Source: Desulfobulbaceae bacterium
GTDB lineage: Bacteria > Desulfobacterota > Desulfobulbia > Desulfobulbales > SURF-16
DNA: 64,000 bases
NCBI GenBank assembly: GCA_024637145.1
Contig: JAGXFQ010000020.1
Span: 17,352 to 81,351 of the forward strand
Direction: 5' to 3'
Within the stretch, counting starts at the first letter, position 1. Each line of letters starts with the position of its first letter. Under the pieces are notes generated by a model. It did no database searches. It saw only the letters and a program-made list of their open reading frames with translations, and had not been told where the DNA came from. The position numbers were made by a program, and so were the translations under genes. Positions 10,915 to 20,923 of the stretch are shown here, piece after piece.

Positions 10915-11420
10915 AGGGGCCTTACAATATTTTCCCCGCCAACTCTTTCAGGAGTGGCCGCCGACAACAGACATAAGGGCAAAAAGAATGCGCATCTTTT
11001 GCTGATTATCAGCTGGGGAATGGTCACGTGGGCCAAGGGAGGGATCGACCTGCGGCGCTCCCTTTTTTATTGACCTGACCTGCTGTCAGCGGTAAAAAAA
11101 TCCAATAATTTCAACGGCACCTCATGATATATAGCAGAAAAAAACCATGATGCGGGGAATAAAGAACAAATAGCCTCTCCTTTGCAGCAATTTGTCTTCC
11201 TCTCGTCATAACATTGTACCTTTTTGGCCCGCCATAACATTTTCGGTGGCACTCCCCGACAACTTGCGATATATTTCAGCTATTTTTTAAATAGCAAATA
11301 GTTTTAACTATTTATTTGCGTTTTGTGTCGGTGACCCCGAGCGGCACCCCCCATGTAAAAAAGGCATTATTTCATTCTGAGATAATGGTATCCAATACCT
11401 ACTTGAGAAAGGAGCATATT

Positions 11421-12104
11421 ATGAACATCCTTATGTTTGGTCCAAACGGCAGTGGCAAGGGCACCCAGGGTGCCATCATCCAGGAAAAAATGGGCAATAT
11501 CGCCCATATCGAGTCTGGTGCTATTTTCCGCAAGAATATCGGCGGCGGCACCGAGCTGGGCATGAAGGCCAAAGAGTATATTGACCGCGGCGATCTTGTT
11601 CCCGATGACATCACTATCCCCATGATCCTCGACCGCCTCAAGGAAGATGACTGCAAAAACGGCTGGATTCTGGACGGCTTCCCCCGCAATAAGGTCCAGG
11701 CCGAGACCCTGGCCAAGGCCCTGAAAGAGGAAGGCATCAAGCTTGACTATGTGGTGGAGATTGTCCTGCCCCGCGAGGTTGCCAAGATACGCATCACCGG
11801 CCGTCGCCTCTGCGCCAACGACAACAACCATCCCAACCACATCGCTTTTGAGGCCATCAAACCGGTGGAGAAAGACGGCAAGCTGGTATGCCGGGTCTGC
11901 GGCGGCGACCTTTCCGCCCGCGCCGATGACCAGGATGAGGCTGCCATTGATAAGCGCCATGACATCTACTATGACGACAAAACAGGCACCATGGCCGCTG
12001 TCAACTTCTTCAAGAAGCTGGGCGGCGACACCAAGGTTATTTCCGTGGATGGCCAACCTTCCATCAAGGAAGTCACCGACAACATCCTGGCTGCCCTGAA
12101 ATAA
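11421..12104 (+). CDS. adk: Adenylate kinase
   Basis: P-loop GPNGSGKGTQ and a LID with metal-type ligands (CANDNNHPNH...CRVCGG). An SD AAAGGAG lies 6 nt upstream of ATG 11421. The N-terminal extension in the ORF track (from 11316) lacks homology. Confidence 0.95.
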   Translation: MNILMFGPNGSGKGTQGAIIQEKMGNIAHIESGAIFRKNIGGGTELGMKAKEYIDRGDLVPDDITIPMILDRLKEDDCKNGWILDGFPRNKVQAETLAKALKEEGIKLDYVVEIVLPREVAKIRITGRRLCANDNNHPNHIAFEAIKPVEKDGKLVCRVCGGDLSARADDQDEAAIDKRHDIYYDDKTGTMAAVNFFKKLGGDTKVISVDGQPSIKEVTDNILAALK

Positions 12105-12138
12105 GATTTCAGTCCAGCAGCACAAGATGGCGGCACCA

Positions 12139-12169
12139 AGGCCAGGGAGTTTCTCCCTGGCCTTTTTTT
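12139..12169 (+). terminator. Rho-independent terminator of adk
   Basis: Perfect hairpin AGGCCAGGGAG-tttc-TCCCTGGCCT followed by TTTTTT. Confidence 0.75.
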
Positions 12170-12492
12170 ATGGTTGATGACTGCGGCTGCCCTGGGGAAA
12201 CCATCACCAGAAGGCGGTGCGAGAGGAAATTGCTCAACATGGCCAGGGAAAAGATGCTATCCTTTTATAACTATCCAGCAGCACCCCATCTGCGTTGTCA
12301 TCAGCCTGCTTGTGGGCAGAGAGCACACTTCTCAGACCTCTTTCTCGCCTCTGGAGCAGTGCTGCACAGTTACAACTTGGTGGTTTTCGTCCGTTTCCGG
12401 CATTATTGTGGATAGGTACATCCTGTTAAGCCCGCATGGAGGAAGAAATGGTTCTTGCCCCTGCAAAAGGAAAAAGCCAAAAGGAGGATCAG

Positions 12493-12828
12493 ATGCCAGA
12501 TATTCCAGCCAAGCAATATACTAAAATGCAAGAACGTCATCCTAAATTCATGGCTGCCCTGGAAGAACTGGGCAAAGCTGCCAAGCAGGAGGGCCCCTTG
12601 GACGAAAAGACCGCCCAATTAATTCAACTGGCGGCAGCAGCGGCCAATCACTCGGAAGGAGCTGTCCACAGCCATACCAAAAGGGCCCTGACCGCCGGCG
12701 CCTCTTGTGCAGAAATTCATCAGGCGATTCTGCTGCTGACCAGTACGGTTGGCTTTCCCACCATGACAGCGGCACTCACCTGGGCGGATGATGTCATGGA
12801 GGGCTCAGCAGCGATCCAGCCCCGCTGA
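12493..12828 (+). CDS. Carboxymuconolactone decarboxylase (AhpD-like) family protein
   Basis: CMD-family helical pattern (HPKFMAALEELGKAA...LDEKTAQLIQLAAAAA...EIHQAILLLTSTVGFP). An SD AAGGAGG lies 5-6 nt upstream of ATG 12493. Confidence 0.75.
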   Translation: MPDIPAKQYTKMQERHPKFMAALEELGKAAKQEGPLDEKTAQLIQLAAAAANHSEGAVHSHTKRALTAGASCAEIHQAILLLTSTVGFPTMTAALTWADDVMEGSAAIQPR

Positions 12829-12848
12829 GCCCCCGCCACTGCCCGCCC

Positions 12849-13169
12849 TCAGATAGGCGGCACAATGGTGACCAGAATACGCATAGCCGTTTTTGCCCGC
12901 ACGCCATGAGGCTCCCGGATCTCCGCAACGAGGATGTCTCCCTCTTTGGCGACTATCTCCACATCTCCTGCGCCGAGAAAAAAGCCCTCCCCTTCGATCA
13001 CCTGGATCGACAGTTCCCCGTCAAGATCATGGGAGTGGACCGGAAAGGTGACCCCTGCCTCCAGGTTAAAATTGATGATTTTAAAAAACTCGGAATCTGC
13101 CACCAGAAAGAAGCGTTTCATGGCCCCGGGGGTAAATTCTCTTGTTTCATCCAGTTTTAAGACTTTCAT
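12849..13169 (-). CDS. Cupin-domain protein
   Basis: 106 aa with a cupin metal-site pattern (FPVHSHDLDGELSIQVIEGEG...GDILVAEIREPHGV). An SD GGAGA lies upstream of the ATG. Confidence 0.7.
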   Translation of the reverse strand: MKVLKLDETREFTPGAMKRFFLVADSEFFKIINFNLEAGVTFPVHSHDLDGELSIQVIEGEGFFLGAGDVEIVAKEGDILVAEIREPHGVRAKTAMRILVTIVPPI

Positions 13170-13201
13170 AATGTTCTCCGTTTTCGAGGTTATCTCCGAG
13201 T

Positions 13202-14437
13202 TCAGCTGGCGGCCAGGGCGCCCAGTCGGCGCAGAAGAGGGGGATGGGAATAGTGAAAAAAGACATAGGCAGGGTGCGGGGTGAGGTTGGAGAGGTTGTT
13301 GACGGAAAGCTTTTTCAAGGCCGAGGCCAGGGCCGCGGCCTCGAAATGGCGGGCGGCAAAACGGTCCGCCTCGTACTCATTGCGGCGCGACAAGCCGTTC
13401 ATACCCAGTCCCATGACCGTGACCAGCGGCGAATAGAGAAGAGCAAAACTGATCAGGGCCAGATGGAAGCTATGGATATCCGCCCCCAAGGCCTCTGAGA
13501 GCAGGGGGTTGGCAATAAACAGCGACAGAATATAGAGCATGATGCCGGTCTGGCAGAGGGCAAGGATGATACCCTTGGCGGTGTGTTTCTTCTGATAATG
13601 GCCGATCTCATGGGCCAGCACCGCCACCAGTTCCTTTACCTCCAGGTCGTTAATCAGGGTGTCATAGAGGACAATGCGCTTTTTGGCACCCAGTCCGGCA
13701 AAATAGGCATTGGCCTTGGTGGAGCGGCGGGAGCCGTCAATCACAAAGACATTATCCAGCTGAAAGCCGGCCTGGCCGGCAAAGGCCTCGATGGCATCCC
13801 GCAGCTCACCCTGCTCCAGGGGGGTCTGCTTATTAAAAAGCGGCACGATCAGGGTGGAGTAGAACATGGTCATCACAATCATGAAACCGCCCATCAATAT
13901 CCAGACATAGATCCAGAAATGGTCCTGGGTGATCTGGTAAAACCAGATCACTGCCCCCAGCAGAGGCCCACCCAGAAGAACGGTGAGCAGCCAGCCCTTC
14001 AGCTTGTCGGTGATAAAGGTGGCCGGGGTGGTCTGGTTAAAGGCAAAGCGTTCCTCAATAACAAAGGTGTCATAGAGGTCAAAGGGCAGAAAGAGAATTT
14101 CCGAGGCAAAAAAGAGCAGGCCAAAAAAGAGAAGGGAAACCAGCAACTCCGCCTCCACCAGACCCCGGGCAACCTGGTCGAGATAGGCAAAGCCGCCGGT
14201 GATAAGCAGGGCCAGGAGGATCACCACCTTCAGGCTGACCGTAACCAGATCAAAACGGCAGTTTGCCCTCTTGTACTCCTGGGACTGCTGATACTTCTCA
14301 GCGCTGTAAATGTCCTTGACCTCATCCGGCAGCCGGGTGGCAATACGCCGGCAGTTGACAAAGCTGAGCCCCCTTTCCAGGAGATAATCAGCAAGAACAA
14401 GGGCAATAATGACATAAAGGATGGTGGTGGCGCTCAT
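13202..14437 (-). CDS. M48-family (Ste24/HtpX-like) zinc metalloprotease, multi-TM
   Basis: HExxH motif HEIGHYQKKH, a downstream NEYEADRFA glutamate motif, and several TM helices in the Ste24-like arrangement. Confidence 0.9.
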   Translation of the reverse strand: MSATTILYVIIALVLADYLLERGLSFVNCRRIATRLPDEVKDIYSAEKYQQSQEYKRANCRFDLVTVSLKVVILLALLITGGFAYLDQVARGLVEAELLVSLLFFGLLFFASEILFLPFDLYDTFVIEERFAFNQTTPATFITDKLKGWLLTVLLGGPLLGAVIWFYQITQDHFWIYVWILMGGFMIVMTMFYSTLIVPLFNKQTPLEQGELRDAIEAFAGQAGFQLDNVFVIDGSRRSTKANAYFAGLGAKKRIVLYDTLINDLEVKELVAVLAHEIGHYQKKHTAKGIILALCQTGIMLYILSLFIANPLLSEALGADIHSFHLALISFALLYSPLVTVMGLGMNGLSRRNEYEADRFAARHFEAAALASALKKLSVNNLSNLTPHPAYVFFHYSHPPLLRRLGALAAS

Positions 14438-14626
14438 GGGTGCACGGCCTCTTTATTGGTGTAGGTTGTCGGCTGGTTTGGCCTGGCATAAGAAGATGGC
14501 GAGTGGCAACAGGGGCTAACTCTATACTTTTTTAACAAAGTAAGCAGGGACCTGCAACTTGCCGGAGAGGGTATGTTCCTGGCACCAGCCACTCAGGGCC
14601 AAGGCCTGAGTGGCTGGTGCCAAATA

Positions 14627-15517
14627 TCAAACTCCGGAATAGATCAACTCTATCCAGCGGTCGCCTTTGAAAAGCCCGTTGCCCCAGGTCTCCTCCAGAT
14701 CGGCCAGGGGTCTGGCGTCAATTGCCTGCTGGGCGCTTTTCCCCGCCGCTTTCAGCTTTGACAACCGTGCATGGGCCACACTGAGCATCTCTCTGTACCT
14801 CAGCAACTCCGCCTTATCCGCCAAAGGACCATGGCCCGGAACAATTTTAGTATCATTATCCGCCAGGGCCAAAATCCTGTCCACCCCTGTAATCATGCCC
14901 TTAAGGGTGCCGCCATGGTTGACATCAATAAAAGGGTAGAAGCCATTAAAGAACAGGTCGCCGGCGTGGATAACATTGGCCGCCGTAAAGAAGATAAAAC
15001 TATCGCCATCAGTATGGGCATGGGGCGCATGAATGACGCGGACCCTGTCGCCATTAAGATGAAAAGTGATGCCTTCGGCAAAGGTCACCACCGGTAAGCC
15101 CTCCCGGCTGACCGCAGCCCGTTTCATCTTAAACGCCTCAAGGAAAGAGCCTGCCTGCAGGCGCTCCCGCACATTATGGTGCGAGAATATCAAGGCGCCG
15201 CCCTGGCCCATATTTTCGTTACCCCCCGTGTGATCACCATGATAATGCGTGTTTATCAGAAATTCAGGGTACTCCCCACCAACTGAGTTGATGGCTTCTA
15301 TAATTTTTTCGGTGAGGGGGGCGTACTGATCGTCGATCAAAAAAGTTCCGTCCGCGCCCGTAAACAACCCGATATTGCCGCCTTCACCGGCCAGCATGTA
15401 TATCTGCGGGGTTACTTGCGCCGGGACGATCTTGACGTCGCCCGCCTGTAGGGGAGCAGTAAGCGCCAGGACCCCGGCAAGCAAGAGACCTGATAGAGCC
15501 ATCATTTTCTCAATCAT
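14627..15517 (-). CDS. Secreted MBL-fold metallo-hydrolase
   Basis: HYHGDHTGG (HxHxDH) motif with downstream His/Asp ligands. Signal peptide MIEKMMALSGLLLAGVLALTAPLQA. An SD GGAGG lies upstream of ATG 15517. The longer ORF-track start (15613) adds non-homologous sequence. Confidence 0.85.
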   Translation of the reverse strand: MIEKMMALSGLLLAGVLALTAPLQAGDVKIVPAQVTPQIYMLAGEGGNIGLFTGADGTFLIDDQYAPLTEKIIEAINSVGGEYPEFLINTHYHGDHTGGNENMGQGGALIFSHHNVRERLQAGSFLEAFKMKRAAVSREGLPVVTFAEGITFHLNGDRVRVIHAPHAHTDGDSFIFFTAANVIHAGDLFFNGFYPFIDVNHGGTLKGMITGVDRILALADNDTKIVPGHGPLADKAELLRYREMLSVAHARLSKLKAAGKSAQQAIDARPLADLEETWGNGLFKGDRWIELIYSGV

Positions 15518-15822
15518 TGCGAACCTCCTTCTGGAGTTAAAATGCCCATGTTGGCAACACCTGCTGCTTTTATGTATGCATACATAATAACGGATAAAAA
15601 AAGTGATTACCATCGAACTTCAGCAGCCTGGCGCACCTCCTGGGCAATTCTTTGAAATAGAGCTTTTTTTACGACACGTATGGGGACGCAGGGGAAGTGA
15701 GGGTGGACCAGGGTAACGGTTGTCACGCCTCTGGACTGCCGCGTCGCTTCGTCCTCGCAGGGACAAGGAGACAAAAAAGCCCTGTCCATATCAGGCACCA
15801 AAACCTTTGGGTCATTGCTTCC

Positions 15823-17667
15823 CTAAGCTGCCAGCCTCTTTACGCCATCTTCTTTTCTCCTTTCACCTCGAACCAGGCTGGTCAGAACCCGCACGCTGTC
15901 ACGCATATAGGCTGCTTGACCGTTGAGTTCTTCGGCGGCGCTGGCCGCTTCCTCGGCAGTAGCCGCATTCTGCTGGGTCACTCTATCTAGTTCACTGATG
16001 CCGATATTCACCTGACCGATACCGGTGGCCTGCTCCCTGGAGGCCACGGCGATCTCGGCCATGATGGCTGCGATAGCCGTGGTGCTTGCCGCCACTTTTT
16101 GAAAGGAGCCGTTGGTGGAGTGCACCAGCACAGAGCCGGCCCGCACTTTATCAACCGTACCTTCGATAAGGTCAGCAGTATTTCTGGCAGCCTTGGAGGC
16201 GCGCAGGGCAAGGTTGCGCACCTCGTCCGCCACCACGGCGAAACCGGCACCGGCCTCTCCAGCCCGGGCCGCCTCCACCGCAGCATTTAAGGCCAACAAG
16301 TTGGTCTGAAATGCAATTTCGTCGATGGTCTTAATGATCTTCGATGTTTCTTCACTGGCCCCGGTGATTTCGACCATGGAGTTGGTGAGCTGGACCATGG
16401 ACTCATTAGCCTGGGTGATGATCTGGCGCGCCTCCTCGGCCAGAGTGTCGGCTTGGGCGACATTGTCAGCGTTTTGCTGGGTCATGCTGGAGACCTCCTC
16501 CATGGAGGAGGCGGTCTGCTCAATGGCAGCCGCCTGATTGCTGGCGCCGTCCGCCACCGACTGACTGGCTGAGGCAACCTGAGACGAGGCTGAACTCACT
16601 TCTCCGGCGCCGCTGCTCAAGTCATGACTGATTGTCTCCAGGGCCTGGCTGATCCGCGTTGACAGCAGGGTGGCCAGGAAGAGACTGAACCCGATTACGC
16701 CCAAGCCGGTTATCGTGGTGAAAAGCAGCGCGTGGCGGGAGTCCTGCCTGATGTTTTCGGCCTGCTGCATGATCTGGTTTGCCACGCCGTTCTCAACCTC
16801 TTTCATCCGGTCAATCTTGCTGGTCATGGTGTCGAACCATTGCCGGGCCTCGATGCCATATCCTCCTTCAATCTCCTGATTCAATTTGGCCAATACGCTT
16901 TTTTCCATGCCGGCAACCAACAACACGGACGAATGGCGCATTTTTTCTTCATACAGATTTTTAACCAGGGGGTCGCTGAAAATAATGAAATTGCGCAACA
17001 GAGATGTCTGCTCCGCGAGAAGCTGGACAAAATTCCGGCGCATGCCGGGGCCGAAGGCATCCTTGGCAAAGGTATTGCTCAGCACCGCCCGTTCAATCCC
17101 CATGCGCTCCTTGGCTTCCACAAAATTATAATAGGCGACCAGCGCCTTCATGATACCTGCATCGGTGCTGATCCGGGCGATCTGAGGGATGGTGGCCAGG
17201 GCCTGATGAATTGTGTCACTGTAAAGTGCGATAGCCGCCGGGCCCGCAACCCCGAGTGTATCGATCTTCTGGCGCAGCGGCGGCAGCTCCTCCAGCCCGA
17301 CCAGGGCCAGTTGTAGTTTTTCATTGAGGGCGGCATCGTCCTTATGGACTTGGGCCAAGCTGAGATGCTTAACGAGTATTTGAATACGGCCATCGGTCAG
17401 GTCGCGCTGAGTGGATAATCTGCCCGCAAATTGCCGCCCTTGGCTGCCCAGGAACCCGGCGGTCATGCCCCGCTCTTTCTGGGCCTCATGGGCCACCTCG
17501 GTGATCATGCCGGCAATGGTGGCCAGCTCGGTGAGAATAATCGATTCCCGCAAGGTTCCGTAGCGCTCCAGGCCATTGCTGATGAGAACCCCGACGAGAA
17601 ACACCATCGGCACGGTGACGAGAAAACGCATCTGGTTTTTGATGGAAAGCTGACGGATAAACGACAT
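15823..17667 (-). CDS. Methyl-accepting chemotaxis protein with a periplasmic NIT (nitrate/nitrite-sensing)-type domain
   Basis: The highly conserved MCP signalling hairpin is present ([37 protein letters not shown]). The N-terminal sensor carries the NIT-type motif [21 protein letters not shown] between two TM segments. Start taken at MSFIRQL (ATG 17667). Confidence 0.9.
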   Translation of the reverse strand: MSFIRQLSIKNQMRFLVTVPMVFLVGVLISNGLERYGTLRESIILTELATIAGMITEVAHEAQKERGMTAGFLGSQGRQFAGRLSTQRDLTDGRIQILVKHLSLAQVHKDDAALNEKLQLALVGLEELPPLRQKIDTLGVAGPAAIALYSDTIHQALATIPQIARISTDAGIMKALVAYYNFVEAKERMGIERAVLSNTFAKDAFGPGMRRNFVQLLAEQTSLLRNFIIFSDPLVKNLYEEKMRHSSVLLVAGMEKSVLAKLNQEIEGGYGIEARQWFDTMTSKIDRMKEVENGVANQIMQQAENIRQDSRHALLFTTITGLGVIGFSLFLATLLSTRISQALETISHDLSSGAGEVSSASSQVASASQSVADGASNQAAAIEQTASSMEEVSSMTQQNADNVAQADTLAEEARQIITQANESMVQLTNSMVEITGASEETSKIIKTIDEIAFQTNLLALNAAVEAARAGEAGAGFAVVADEVRNLALRASKAARNTADLIEGTVDKVRAGSVLVHSTNGSFQKVAASTTAIAAIMAEIAVASREQATGIGQVNIGISELDRVTQQNAATAEEAASAAEELNGQAAYMRDSVRVLTSLVRGERRKEDGVKRLAA

Positions 17668-18269
17668 GGGCAATGCCTCCGAAAAGAGTGGCGCCAGCCC
17701 GTGCCATAGAAAAAAACGGGCAGCTAAAAATTGAATATCATTAGCCATACTCCCCTATTTTTCCCAAGAATGAGTTGACTCAAGTCAAGTTAAGGGGATT
17801 CTTTTCAAGAAAAAAAACAGTCGCTTTTTACTTTTGAGACGAAAGCATCTCCTGTTCGCTTTTGCGAGGGGGCCTGGCTCTTCTTGATCGCAAGAACCTT
17901 TCCAAAACCCTGGTCGCCGGTTATCTTGGCCTTGAAGAGTTGGGCCATTCCTCCGGTGGGCTATCTTATTTCAGAAGAATATATGTGCCGAATTGGCGGG
18001 GAACTGTGAGCCATAAAAGATCAGGGACGTACATGGTGCACAGCGGCGCTACCTGCATCACTCAAGGCCCGAGCACAACAGCTATTGCCGACAATGGACA
18101 TTGCAGACATACCCGCTGCAAGCCATACAGGCCGGCATATCCTTGACGCTGTTTGTCTCTCGCCGCTCATTTGAGAAATCACCAGGTTTTTGGACTATTT
18201 TAAACAGGAGAGTACCATGCACCATTATAAAGGGACCCCTCTAATCCATATTAAAGTCGAGACCACAGG

Positions 18270-18539
18270 ATGGGCGGGATAATGTCTCAGGAAAACGCAG
18301 TGGGCAGGCACGAAGAAGGAATAGAGGTTCCGTACGAACAGATTGATCCAGATACCCTGCGCAATATGATTGAGGAGTTTGTGACCCGAGACGGCGCAGA
18401 CTGGGGTGATCCAGGCTGCAGGCTGGAGGATAAAATCACCCAGGTCCTGCAGCAGCTGAGAAACAACAAGGTGCAGATCGTTTTCGACCTCAAGTCAAAT
18501 ACGGCCAACATCGTTGTCCGCCAAGGGAAGCGTCCATAA
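18270..18539 (+). CDS. YheU-family (UPF0270) small protein
   Basis: IEVPYEQIDPDTLRNMIEEFVTRDGADWGD aligns with the E. coli YheU N-terminus ([28 protein letters not shown]). The start is ATG 18270 or ATG 18282. Confidence 0.7.
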   Translation: MGGIMSQENAVGRHEEGIEVPYEQIDPDTLRNMIEEFVTRDGADWGDPGCRLEDKITQVLQQLRNNKVQIVFDLKSNTANIVVRQGKRP

Positions 18540-18854
18540 GATTATAAATATCTTTTGGCAGTGGCTGGCTGGGGCTGTTTGTTTGCGGCCACTGTACCGA
18601 GTTACCACACGGATCCACACGGTTGAGCGCTGCTTCGCAAGTTCCCCGGGGACAGTGTCGGCGGCCACCTCAGCATGGCCATAATTCCAGACCCTGCCCC
18701 CTGGAATTCACGAGTTCAAATCCCGCCTGCTGCAACAACCAGCCAGGGGCACAAGGGCTTGCTACCAGCCCCCGTACCTCTGGGTGGTCAGGCAACAGGC
18801 TGCCCTCTTGCCACCAAAAACCGCAGCGTTGCTGGTGATCTTCAGCCCCGGCCC

Positions 18855-19253
18855 TTACAGATCAATCTCGCTGTCACCTATCAGCTCGAGACTCTTATCA
18901 ATCTGAAAACAGACCAGATGCTTGGGGCCCAGAGCCGCATCCTCCTCAGGGCTGAGGTTTCTCTTGGTCATCTGGGCCATCTGCCCTTCATCCTCCTCCT
19001 CCCGCACCTTTTTCAAAAAAAGGCGTACACCCCGATAGCCCTTGCCCTCCTCCCGGAACAGATAGGTGGCATGGGGATTTTCCTGGAGGTTGGCATAGGT
19101 CAGATGCTCGCGCATGATAAAGGCCAGACCACCGTCGTCCATCACGTGGGGAGAGGCATAGATAGCGGCATCCACCCTGCCGTCAGCAGCGGCGGTGGCC
19201 AGCACCCCTGTTCCTTTTTTTTGGGTAAAATAATCCTTCAAACTCATCATCAT
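18855..19253 (-). CDS. Pyridoxamine 5'-phosphate oxidase-like FMN-binding split-barrel protein
   Basis: 132 aa with a typical PNPOx-like pattern (GVLATAAADGRVDAAIYASPHV...HLTYANLQENPHATYLF...YRGVRLFL). Confidence 0.75.
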   Translation of the reverse strand: MMMSLKDYFTQKKGTGVLATAAADGRVDAAIYASPHVMDDGGLAFIMREHLTYANLQENPHATYLFREEGKGYRGVRLFLKKVREEEDEGQMAQMTKRNLSPEEDAALGPKHLVCFQIDKSLELIGDSEIDL

Positions 19254-19469
19254 CTCCTTTTTTGAAAAATCAGGGACATGCTCCTCTTGTTTTTCTGGCC
19301 GATCCGCGCCTTTGGCCGCACTGGTTGCGCCCCCCTTGAGCCCTCAGCGAGCCCCCTTCGACGGGGAGGTTGTCTTTTTAAAACGTACTTAACTCGAAAG
19401 CAGTGCCAGCCCTCAGCAAAACGGCCCTCCTCACTCTTCCCGGTTCCACTATCGGCGGGAAAAGAGGGG

Positions 19470-20585
19470 TTACCTCTTCTTCTTCCTTTCTTTTGCCTCT
19501 ATCACGCAGTAGATCCCACCTTCCTTAAGGCCCGGCTGAAAACAGCCGTTGCAGGAAATGCATTTGGCCGGGGAGAGATCACCTTGACGCCACCGTTGCG
19601 CCAGGTGCGGTTCCCGGATGAAGGGTCGGGCCATGGAAATATAATCCAGCCCTTCCTCCTTAACAGACTTTGCCGCCACCTCGTAGCTTCTGTAGCCGCC
19701 AACCACCAGCACCGGGCAGTTGACCGCTTTCTTGATCTGTTTAGCCAGGGCAAGATTATAGGCCTCCTGCTCTGGCTTCTCAATTTTGAGCCGCACCGGA
19801 GTTTTGTCCCCCGAGGCTGAGGTGCCGCCACTCACCTCAATGGCATCGATCCCTTCATTATCCAACATGGTCGCCGCATAGACCGCATCGTCCATACTCA
19901 GGCCGCCTTCGACAAAGTCGGCACCGTTGAGCTTGATCAACACGGGAAAATCGTCACCCACGGCCTGACGGACGGCCTGATAAACTTCATGGAGAAAGCG
20001 GCAGCGCTTGTCAAGAGTGCCTCCGTATGCATCCGTCCGCCTGTTGGTAAGAGGAGAGAGGAACTGATTGATCAAATAGCCATGGGCGCCATGCAGCTGG
20101 AGGGCATCGAAGCCGAAGGCTTGAGCCCGTCTTGCCGCCTCAGCAAAGGCCCCCACGATGTCGGCGATATCTTTTTTTGACATCTCCTGCGGAAGTTCTG
20201 GAAATTGCTCAACCTGCACGGCTGAGGGCGCCAGAGGTTGGCGGTGGGCGGTGGCTGTATCCGTCTGCCCCCCGGCATGCACCAATTGGACGCATATCTT
20301 CCCTTGCTGGTCATGTACCGCCTGAGTAAGGGCTTGCATTTCCTTGGCAAAATCGTCGGTGTGTATCCCCATCTTACCCGGGAGCTGTTTGCCCTCTGGC
20401 CGCACAAAGCTATAGCCCGTGATGATAAGGCCCACGCCGCCGCGGGCCAGATCCCCATACCAATCTGCCAGCTTGGCAGTGGGTCGGCCATCTGCCTCGC
20501 ACATTCCTTCCCAGGTAGCTGAGCGGACCAGGCGGTTGCGCATGGTCATGCCGTTGATGGTGGTTTGGTCGAATAAGGTCGCCAT
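19470..20585 (-). CDS. NADH:flavin oxidoreductase, Old Yellow Enzyme family
   Basis: OYE TIM-barrel signatures (NRLVRSATWEG, QLVHAGG, DALQLHGAHGYLINQFLSP, RRTDAYGG, VGGYRS). Start at MATLFDQ (ATG 20585). Confidence 0.9.
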   Translation of the reverse strand: MATLFDQTTINGMTMRNRLVRSATWEGMCEADGRPTAKLADWYGDLARGGVGLIITGYSFVRPEGKQLPGKMGIHTDDFAKEMQALTQAVHDQQGKICVQLVHAGGQTDTATAHRQPLAPSAVQVEQFPELPQEMSKKDIADIVGAFAEAARRAQAFGFDALQLHGAHGYLINQFLSPLTNRRTDAYGGTLDKRCRFLHEVYQAVRQAVGDDFPVLIKLNGADFVEGGLSMDDAVYAATMLDNEGIDAIEVSGGTSASGDKTPVRLKIEKPEQEAYNLALAKQIKKAVNCPVLVVGGYRSYEVAAKSVKEEGLDYISMARPFIREPHLAQRWRQGDLSPAKCISCNGCFQPGLKEGGIYCVIEAKERKKKR

Positions 20586-20923
20586 AGCAATTCTCCCGGT
20601 ATTTTTTTCTGGCAGCCCCAACGCCTCTGTCTCTGGTTGCGACTGTCAACATGGATAAAAAGGATCAGGATAAAAGGAAACGTTTCCCCGTCCCCCCCAT
20701 TCAGCCCCCCAGCAAGCAGGGAGCCCAAAAAGGGCAGAAACAAATGACAGCATCTCTGCGCAAAGCTCAGTTTCGGCAATTCCCCTTTGTCGACGACAGG
20801 CGAGCTGACCTGCGGCCAAGGGCTGTCAGGAGTGCCTTTTTGGTTCGTTTTTGACCCGGCAATAATGAACAAAGATTATCGCGGCAACCAAGATAAAAAA
20901 ACAGCCCTGGCTTCAGGGAACCC

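Noticed and set aside
18683-18740. Possible tRNA-Sec (selC) or other tRNA, because of GTTCAAATCC and a long hairpin resembling a variable arm.
   Set aside because: Neither a T-arm nor an anticodon arm can be paired around TTCAAAT (ACGAG vs CCCGC; CACGA vs TCCCG), and no complementary 5' acceptor strand exists. It is kept only as a fragment or relic in the findings.
18571-18849. Possible tmRNA. The intergenic region starts with GGGGCTG and ends with the complementary CAGCCCC, reminiscent of a tmRNA acceptor stem.
   Set aside because: No T-arm precedes the 3' strand. There is no TTCGAC-type 5' motif, no tag-peptide reading frame ending in a stop, and no CCA-proximal context on either strand.
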